Assembly: GCF_964204645.1 (NCBI RefSeq)
Contig: NC_134031.1
Span: 12,588,088-12,652,087 of the forward strand
Source: Tubulanus polymorphus
Taxonomy: Eukaryota; Animalia; Nemertea
Length of the DNA stretch: 64,000 nucleotides
Direction of reading: 5' to 3'
Part shown: positions 38,567-47,329 of the stretch, piece by piece
How positions within the stretch are numbered: the first letter of the stretch is position 1
Layout: the number at the start of each line of letters is the position of its first letter
Program-made: the position numbers and the translations under genes
Notes under the pieces: generated by a model
Seen by the model: the letters and a program-made list of their open reading frames with translations, nothing else
The model's database searches: none
Told to the model about the DNA's origin: nothing

Positions 38567-38908
38567 TTATTTATCAAAAAAATTACTATCTTCAAAATAT
38601 TTAGTTAACTTATTTATGATTAATTCAACATTTATTTCATTACTAGTTTTATGATTATCATATATTTTGGATAATATGTTTTTAATATCTTCAATAATTC
38701 CATCTTCATTTAATTCATAATATTCTAAAGGTGATTTAATTAAATCAATTACTTTTTCTATATTATACTTTTCTTTATCAATCATTGATGCATTGTTAAA
38801 TGATTTACTTTTTATATCAGTAATTACATCATTTAGTTTAATTCTCATTTCTTTACCATGTTTAAAATCAAACCCAAAACATATACTCGGTCCAACAGTT
38901 ATATTCAT
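38567..38908 (-). CDS. Uncharacterised protein, 113 aa
   Basis: Intact ORF with upstream motif; stop abuts next ATG (TAAATG). Confidence 0.7.
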   Translation of the reverse strand: MNITVGPSICFGFDFKHGKEMRIKLNDVITDIKSKSFNNASMIDKEKYNIEKVIDLIKSPLEYYELNEDGIIEDIKNILSKIYDNHKTSNEINVELIINKLTKYFEDSNFFDK

Positions 38909-38925
38909 TTATATAGTGAAAAAAA

Positions 38926-39684
38926 TTACTCCTTACATCTTATAACTAATTCATAAATTACAGGGAAATTATTTAAATCAATTAAGTATCCATTATGATT
39001 TCTAATTTCTAATCTAAAATTATTAAAACTAGGAATGCATGGTTTGAAATCACATTCTGTTAAATTATAATTTATTTGCGTTCCAAATTCTTTAACATTT
39101 TTTAATGGTAAAATATTTAATATACTAGAATTACATGTTGTATCTTTAGTTGCTTCAAATGTTTTTGTTGGGTCAATTAAATTGCAATAAATATAAAAAT
39201 GTGTAAAAGGTATTATATTTGAAATACCTTCTACGTTTACTGTAACAACATCTGGTTCAATTCCTAGCAATTTAGCTATAGGTTTTTTTACCATAAATGC
39301 ATGTTGACTTTCATCAAATACCTTTATTTTAATTCTATTTGAGCTATCACTTTTTATAAATCTTATTAAAAATTTATCATCTTTTCTAATTTTCAACCGT
39401 GCTCTACGATTAATTTCTTGAGATAATGTTTCTAAATTATATAATCCTGGTCTTAGAAATAGATGAAACCATTTATTTATATTTCTAATATGAATTAAAA
39501 AAGTATTATGTTCAATAGTTTTATTCGATATATTATAAAAAGAATTACATAAACTTATATTTACTAATTTTAAATCTACACAATTCTTGAATTCTCTATC
39601 TAATTGTACTAATAAATTATGAGATTTATAATTTGTAAGTTTTCTAGAATCTACAAATATTCTGTATTCTTTTAATTCTACCAT
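38926..39684 (-). CDS. Minor capsid (penton-like single jelly-roll) protein, 252 aa
   Basis: NSFYNIS, PGLYNLETL, FYIYCNLID, FRLEIRNHNGYLIDLNNFPVIYEL pattern typical of Polinton penton proteins. Confidence 0.8.
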   Translation of the reverse strand: MVELKEYRIFVDSRKLTNYKSHNLLVQLDREFKNCVDLKLVNISLCNSFYNISNKTIEHNTFLIHIRNINKWFHLFLRPGLYNLETLSQEINRRARLKIRKDDKFLIRFIKSDSSNRIKIKVFDESQHAFMVKKPIAKLLGIEPDVVTVNVEGISNIIPFTHFYIYCNLIDPTKTFEATKDTTCNSSILNILPLKNVKEFGTQINYNLTECDFKPCIPSFNNFRLEIRNHNGYLIDLNNFPVIYELVIRCKE

Positions 39685-39699
39685 TTATTTTACATATTT

Positions 39700-40041
39700 T
39701 CATTCGAAATCTATTTCATGGTGCCCTTTTTCATTCTTACCTTTGTATACGAAATAGAAATCTCCAGAACATAATTCTTCTAGATCTTCACTTGATAATC
39801 TATGAAATCTATCTGGTAAATAAGTTCTGAATTTATATATATTTCCTTTTAATCCTTCATATTCTAAATGAATTACTAATTTATCTCCATATTTATTAGT
39901 AATTGTTTCAATGTTAGTAATTAAATATTTCTTGTGAATTGTTAATTCTGTTAACTTTTTGAATTTATAATCTACAGATTTAACGCTTGAAGTATCTTTA
40001 ATTCTATCTAAGAATTCACTGTGTACTTGTTTACTCTCCAT
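39700..40041 (-). CDS. Small protein, possible OB-fold/ssDNA-binding, 113 aa
   Basis: FKKLTEL..KKYLIT..TNKYG.KLVIHL..YLPDRF..YFVYKG; adjacent to polB. Confidence 0.55.
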   Translation of the reverse strand: MESKQVHSEFLDRIKDTSSVKSVDYKFKKLTELTIHKKYLITNIETITNKYGDKLVIHLEYEGLKGNIYKFRTYLPDRFHRLSSEDLEELCSGDFYFVYKGKNEKGHHEIDFE

Positions 40042-40089
40042 ATATTATACAAATTTTTATTGAAATTTATTAACACGTTAGAATCCTTT

Positions 40090-43000
40090 TCATAATCTCA
40101 TTTTTTTTTTTGTTTCTTCTCTTTTGAATTTTATATATTCATCTAAATTGCAACCATAGGCGACTGTGTGGATTCCATCATCTAAAATATATCTTTTATC
40201 ATCAAATGGGTTTAGACTTATCTTCTCTATCTCTTCAATATACATTTCATGATCTTCAGATCTTAAACATTTCATTTTATGTTTTCTAACTTCTTCATTA
40301 GATATACAATTGATGTAATCTTTAAAATGAATATTTTTTTCTACTACACTTTTGGTTATTCCTTTTAACTTTTTAGCTTCATGAGTTTTGGTTTTATATG
40401 AATACATTTTAGATCTAATACCAATGAACTCTATCATTTCTTTCATCCTTAAACTTCCCAGGAACTTTTTTATTATCATTGCTAAATAATTCATGATTTT
40501 TTGGATAGTTACTAAAATCAAAATGATGTTTTAATGATTTTAAATCACTTTTTATCTTTAATATATAACTGTCAGTATCTAGATATAATATTTCTATATT
40601 TTTTTCTCCAAAATGGGGTTGTAATATGTTATAGTAAAATTGATACATTAATAATTTTGAAATTTCTAGAACTGATGCACCAACATAGATTGGTTTATTG
40701 AACTTCATAGAAGTTCTTTTTAATTTAACTGCTGCTAAATTTTCATCGAATATTCTGTTGCCTATAAATTTCGGATACGATTGTAAATGTCTAATTCTTT
40801 TACCATTACTAACTAACTCAATATCACTTCTATTTCTTATGTTTTCACAAGTCTTACCATAGAACGCATTGTTCATTAACTTAAAAAAATCCTTCTCAAA
40901 ATCAGTTTTAGCTTCAGTTCTCTGTGTAGTATTAAAATCTATATATTTTTCTAACCACTTAGATTGATTAAATGAAATATATCTATGTACTTTTTTAAAT
41001 ATCATTCCTTGATTCAAATAGAATTTTAACATTCTATAATGTACTACATAATTATATTTATCTTCTTGAGTTACCATTAACTTTTCTGTATGAATATGAT
41101 TATCGGGTTTAATTCTTTTTTGATAATTTGATAATTCTTCATGTTTAACAGTTTTATGTTCGGGACAATATGCTAGATTTCTAGATTTGAATTTAATATT
41201 TTCAGGGTATTCTAAATCTACAACAAAGAAGTAACCAGTATCTGAATCATCTGCAATATCTAGTATTCTTTTCTTCCAATCAAATTTATCAATTTGTAAA
41301 ACTTCAGTTATTTCAAACATCCCATAAGGTTGTGGTTCCATCATTGCCCAACCATAAAGATTATTTGCATCTATGTATAATAATTTATATCCAGGATTAT
41401 CATTTACATTGAAATATCTATCACCCAATACACCTGAAACACCTCCTCTTATAGATTTTTCAAATAATAGTAATTGATCTATATTTGTTAACAAATCCAT
41501 TTTTATATCTGTAAATTTTAATCCACAATCCCAAGTTAAACCTGGTGATGAATAACAATGACAAGGATCAATATTGAAATATTTTAGGTTTACATCTCTA
41601 AACCTTTCGAATATATCGGTTAATAATAATACATCTGATTTTAAATATAAATCTACTAATTGACCATGATTTTCTATTTTGAAATGATTCCAAATATTCA
41701 ATGTTCTATTATAAACTTCATCTTTAACATATTCATTTTTTAATTCATCATAAAATTGTTCTTTTAATAATTCAGTTATATTAAAATCATTATGATTTTT
41801 ATAGAAAGAATATGGAATCGCTCCTTTATATCTCATTAATTTAAAATCATCATAATTTGGGTAATATTCTTTTAATATCTTTAATTCATCATCAACTAAT
41901 GATTTTGATAAGTTATCTAATGAACTACTTAAAAATCTATATGAATCTATAAATCTTAAGCATCCAAATTGGAAAGATATATAATTCTCAGATGTTTTAG
42001 CTAACATTCTAAATTTATAAGTTGGTATTTTATCTTTTGATCTTTTTGAATTTAATATTTCTATTTCATTATTGATTTCTTCTATTTTATGACATAACTG
42101 TTTGATGAATAAATGCGCGTCATACCCCGATAGATTATGAAATATAACTGGTACAAAGTTAATTTTCTTAGCTTGTAAGTTACAATTCTCATGTGCAGCG
42201 CCTCTAAACTTTCCATTCAAATGATCATGGTCTCTTACTTTTTTATCTTTATAATTAAATATCTTTTCACAATAATAACATTTATCTGCAAACTCAAATT
42301 CTTCTTTATCTTCTTCTGTCATAATTATTTCTTTATTTGTATTCAATAATTTACTAAATCTTATTTCATATTCAATTAATAAGTCACAAAAATGATTGAT
42401 AACATTTTCATTTCTATAATTATAATATTCACTTTCGATTAGTTCTGGATAATTAGATTTAATATATAACCCGAAAGCTGCAGCTGATTGATGAATCTTT
42501 TTAATTGTATTTGTTTTTGGTGGTTCATCTGAATAATCACTTTCATTAGAATTTAATTTCTTTCTTTTATAATATATATCTTTTCTATCTTTATCTGTTA
42601 ATTCTTTATTTAATGATTCAAAATCTCCATATATTACAAATGGTACTTTATTTTTGTAATCATATTTTTTGAATTCTAATATTTTATCTTTTTCATTTGG
42701 TAAAACTAATTTACAATAATCATGATTATCACATAGTTGTTTATGATTTAATAATGTACTTTCATTACTGAATCTATGTAAACATTTTCTACATAGATAT
42801 ATTTTATGGTGATCATTTTCTGATTTGAAAAATAAATCTATTTGTTTAATCCACATGTAATGATTCTCATAATATAGTATATCTATAACATCATTTGAAT
42901 CATAATCTTTTGATAGGTATAAAGGTTCTAATGTATAATGTTTAATATTATTTCCTTTTGTATTTGGTAATTTAATTAAATCAAATACATTTATCTTTAA

Positions 43001-44074
43001 ATTATTATCTCTTTCTATTTTGGGGATGTTTTTAATTCTAACAGGATACTTATCTATCTTATAATTACTTTCAAATGGTTTATAATGAGTTAATCTAAAA
43101 CTATGTGTAATATCTTCTGTTGGATGTAAACAACTTATTATAGCCCATAGAAAACATTTATCATCTTCATTTTGTATATTTATTACAGCATTAGTTTTAA
43201 ATGGTAGTTTAATATAACTCGATGCTTCAATATCTGGTTCTTTATAATATGATACATTATTTTCATCAATTGGTTTTGATTTAGTTAACTTATTATATTT
43301 TGTGTTATAAACATGTAAAGTCATAAATATTATTTCATCAAATATTAAACCTGATCCTTCAAAATATTTCTCTTCTATTTTACTTTTTATTTCATTATAA
43401 CATTTATTTAATTTATCATCTATATGTTGTTTAGATATAATATGTTGTGAATGAGAATTTATATTATATATTGGTTTATCTTCAGATTTTATAAACTTTA
43501 CTTTAACTGATATACTAATTTTAGGATATTCAACGTCTGTAATTATTTTTATTATTTCTTTCATATTTTCTAAATGTTTTTTATTTTCTTCTAATGTTTT
43601 ACCTTTATGAAATTTAAACTCGATAGCTGCTGGACCAATATCACTTTTAAATGCTTCGGTTATCTCTATATCTTTTTTATTATCTAATGAATTAATATAA
43701 TTTCTTACATCTTCCATGTATGGCCTTTTATTGTTTAATTTATTTTTTATTCTTTTAATTGTCTTCTGTTTCTTATCGTTATCATTATCAAAATAATCTT
43801 CACCTAAAATATCATTATTCTTATTTCTAATATGACTTATAGATTTTAAATGTTCTTTATAATATCTTTTATCACTGAATGATTGATTACATGTATCACA
43901 TTTGTATGTTTCTTTTTCATCCTTTAATTCTTCTAATTTATTTTCTAATATATCATCTTCATATTCTAATTTCAATTTATTCTCTAAATGTGTTCTAGTT
44001 TTATTGTGTCTTGCTTTTTGGGATTTATCTATATCGATATTACATGTTGGGCAGTAGTACTTATTTGCTTCCAT
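40090..44074 (-). pseudogene. polB: Protein-primed family B DNA polymerase (pPolB), frameshifted near the C-terminus (~40441)
   Basis: Exo YGDFES, HNLSGYD, YLKSDV; pol YIDANNLYGWAM, KLMNNAFYGK, YLDTDS; GKFKDE, then the frame switches to MIEFIGIRSKMYSY...FDDKRY. Confidence 0.96.
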
Positions 44075-44363
44075 TTTAATACTATATTTTTTATTAAAAT
44101 TGATTTTAGAAGTTCAATGATTTAAATGTTATTCATATATATATGAATATTTTAAGAGTAATAGGGGTAATGGGCTTTCATATCAAAGGTCGAAAGGTTG
44201 AGGTTGATAAATTTTCCAAATGTTAAAATAATAATAATTTCTACTTGAATTAGGAGTGTACGCGACTAATTCAAGTAGAAATTGTTGTTATTTTAACATT
44301 TTGGAAAATTTCTCGGGCTCGACCTTTCGACCTTTGGTATGAAAGCCCATTACCCCTATTACT
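43986..44363 (-). repeat. Right TIR; includes the polB upstream region and first 29 codons
   Basis: Inverse of 25268-25645. Confidence 0.97.
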
Positions 44364-44794
44364 GCCACCAATCGGTAATCGGGCGAACCATAATAGTGTT
44401 CACTGCCTGTTTTAATACTCGTCGTTGCACATTTGTTCAGGATACTACGTCTAGCCTATGTGGGTTATAGGGTTTATTCCAAAAGTTTGCAAACAAAATC
44501 CAGTTAATTTGTTTAGTTTTGGAGACATTTTTGATGCATTGTTTTCAACACATTTTATTCAATTTTCTTCCAATCTTGCCATCAACCAAACCCAGCGGAG
44601 CTATCACAGCTGACAGGCTGCTTGTTCAACACACCATACCTATTTGTAGCAGGTGTCACCTATTGTTTCGAAATTTTAGAGAAAGTTCCTACAGGCTGAT
44701 TAATAATGCTGTGATAATATTTCTTTTGTGATAGGTCACATACTTGATACTTGTTGATACTTGAAATAGGATATTGATCAGTACATTACTCATC

Positions 44795-47329
44795 ATGCCT
44801 AAAAGGAAAAGAAGAGCTGGTAGCTTTCAGCCGAAGAAGGTAAGACCCTCTTTTCATAGGCAAATGTTAATCTTCTAGTAAGAAGTATGTAGGCCTTTTT
44901 TCCGAGTAAAAAATTCATTAAACTGTTCATCACATGTGTTAGCTGCGCAATATTTTGGTGCCTGATTTTGGTATTTTATCAGAAAAAACCATATCAGTAA
45001 ATCATAAACCAGTTGCTTAGAGGGTGTGTAACTGACCAGTGTCGTATCATCCCTGGTTCTTGTTGAGATAATTATAAGCTATTGAATTGAATTGAACTCA
45101 TTAGAAAATTCTACGAACGTATAGTGAATGAATTTTTTTTCTATTTTCAGAAGGTGGAGGTGGTTGGAGTTCCCTCAGCCCTAACTGGACAAAACAGAGA
45201 GATGAAAAAAGGATCAATGGAAAAAAATTATGAAAAATCTCAAGATGAAGACTACAGAAGAGTTGAAAATGAAATCTTAAATGAAAACCTAAAAAACGCT
45301 CAAAATGAAAACTTTAACGAAACGCAAAAAGAAAACTCTGATAACAATCAAAACAAGAAGTATGAAGTGAAAATCAATGAAAACTTTGAACCAAAAACTA
45401 ATGAGAACTATGAATTGAATGCAAATGAAAAAGATGAAATGAAAATGACTGAAAAACATGGAATGAAAATGAATGAAAAATATGAAATGCATATGAATGG
45501 AAACTATGATTTGAAAACAAATGAAAAAGATGAAATGAAAATGACTGAAAAACATGAAATGAATATTAATGAGATCTATGATCAGACTATGAATCAAAAT
45601 TGTGGAACTAATTCGAATGAAGATATGACAAAAAACAAAGTTGAGACAATTGAAGTGAAATCAGTTTTTTGTGACTTCAATCATGACAACTGTGATACGA
45701 TTATGCATGACAACTATGATAAGACTAAACAAGGCAACTATGATAAGGCTATATATGGAATCTGTGAAAAGATTACACTTGACAACTGTGATAAGATTCA
45801 ACATGATAACGCTGGTCACAATATACATGAAACCTCATCGAAAATGAAAGCTGACTCATCTATTCAACCAATTTCGAGTATGATTTCGTGTAGAGATTGT
45901 GATGGCAATTTTGGTAACAGTGAGTCATGTTTAAGTGCTGAGAATATGAGATGTTCATCAATTCATGGAAATTTCCACCAGGGTCTTCCAAAATACGATA
46001 TTCATTCAGGTAAGCAATGTGTAACAAATGCATTAGCTGCAATGATTCATGCATCAAATAAAGCTGTAATAAACTGGATGCCTCATGATATTGATTCAGT
46101 ATTGAATATTGGAAATGATTTATACGCAACATTGACTAATATGAATACAATAACAAATATGTATTTATTGATCAGTGAGCTACCAACTGCTGTTGAGATT
46201 GGAAATTCCATTTATAATGTGACTGTTGGATCCCCTCAAGTTGCTATATCTGAATTATCTGATGAAATGAGAGCTGGAAATTTTGGAATTATCAGTGAAC
46301 TACATGAATGTTTGCACAATAATCTGCTTAATTACGACACATGCTTTATAACATTTGCTGGAAATACATTTTGTGTTTTAAAACAGGATGACATGTACTG
46401 GGTATTTGATTCACATTCGAGAGATGCATCAGGAATGATGACCGCTGATGGACATGCTGTATTAGTAAGGTACTCTTGTGTTAATTGTATTGTCAAACAT
46501 TGTCAGAATCTTGCAGCTTCAATGAATCAGAGGCAACCATTACAGTATGAAATTACAGTGGCTTCTATCAACCATGAAATTGAAACTACTGTAGAGAATA
46601 GCATTATCGAAACAACGACTACATACTCTCCAAACTACCAACAAACAAGTAGTGAAGATGAACTGCCCTATACAAACCCAAAAGTAGATGAATGCGATGT
46701 AATTGTTACTAGTGAATCCGTGCAGCATGATGATTTAATTTACAACCCACTAGAAAAAGGTCAGTGCAAAACATTATGCTCTATTCTAGGTATTCATTGT
46801 CGACCCTCAACTCTCGGATATGAATGTATGCCCAAATATGATGGACAACTCTACTCTCCATATAATACGCAGAAAATTAAAGGCGATGGAAGCTGTTTTT
46901 TTCGGGCAATTTCATATTCAATCTGTGGAACTGAGCAATATCATCGGGCTATACGCACCGAAGTTTTAAAGCACATGCGGCAGAATTCCGACAAATTCCA
47001 ACCACATCTGAGAAATCCACAACTTACTATAAATGAGTATATTGATGAATCCCGGATGAAATATACAGGTACTTGGGTGACAGAGGTTGAAATTCTTGCA
47101 ACAGCTGATTTACTGCATGCTGATATATATACATTTGTAGGCAATGGTTGGTTACGATTCGCTGGTTCTACTTTCAGTGCACCAAATCGTGTGTGAATTA
47201 AATGGCAACATTTATTTGAAAAATTGCAGAGGTGTACACTATGAAGTTGTGTCATGTGTGAAACAATCTGAGGAATGTATTTGCTCTTGGTGTGGCAAGC
47301 GACAAAATACTGAAAAAACTAATGAGTAA
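44795..47329 (+). pseudogene. Spliced Helentron-associated gene: NLS exon + N/E/K/M repeats + herpes-tegument-like (C76) DUB + OTU domain; frameshift at ~47190
   Basis: Exon 1 44795-44839 MPKRKRRAGSFQPKK|GTAAGA; acceptor TTTTCAG|45151 in phase 0; GNFHQG..GKQCVTN..FDSHSRD; IKGDGSCFFRAIS..W.TEVEILATA; catalytic HYEVV lies in the shifted frame. Confidence 0.8.

Larger units (their letters stand above)
25268..44363. mobile_element. Full-length Maverick/Polinton (endogenous polintovirus), 19,096 bp
   Basis: 6-bp TSD GCCACC (25262-25267 and 44364-44369); AG...CT termini; 378-bp TIRs; pPolB, RVE integrase, packaging ATPase and capsid genes; much more AT-rich than the flanks. Confidence 0.98.

Noticed and set aside
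44157-44363. Flip/flop isomers of the terminal hairpin
   Set aside because: The right hairpin is the exact reverse complement of the left, so this copy shows no isomerism
25268-44363. Contaminant or mis-assembled free viral contig
   Set aside because: The perfect 6-bp TSD and linked flanks indicate true integration
45124-45150. Listed start of the 690-aa ORF
   Set aside because: This is an intron polypyrimidine tract/acceptor; the likely start is the ATG at 44795
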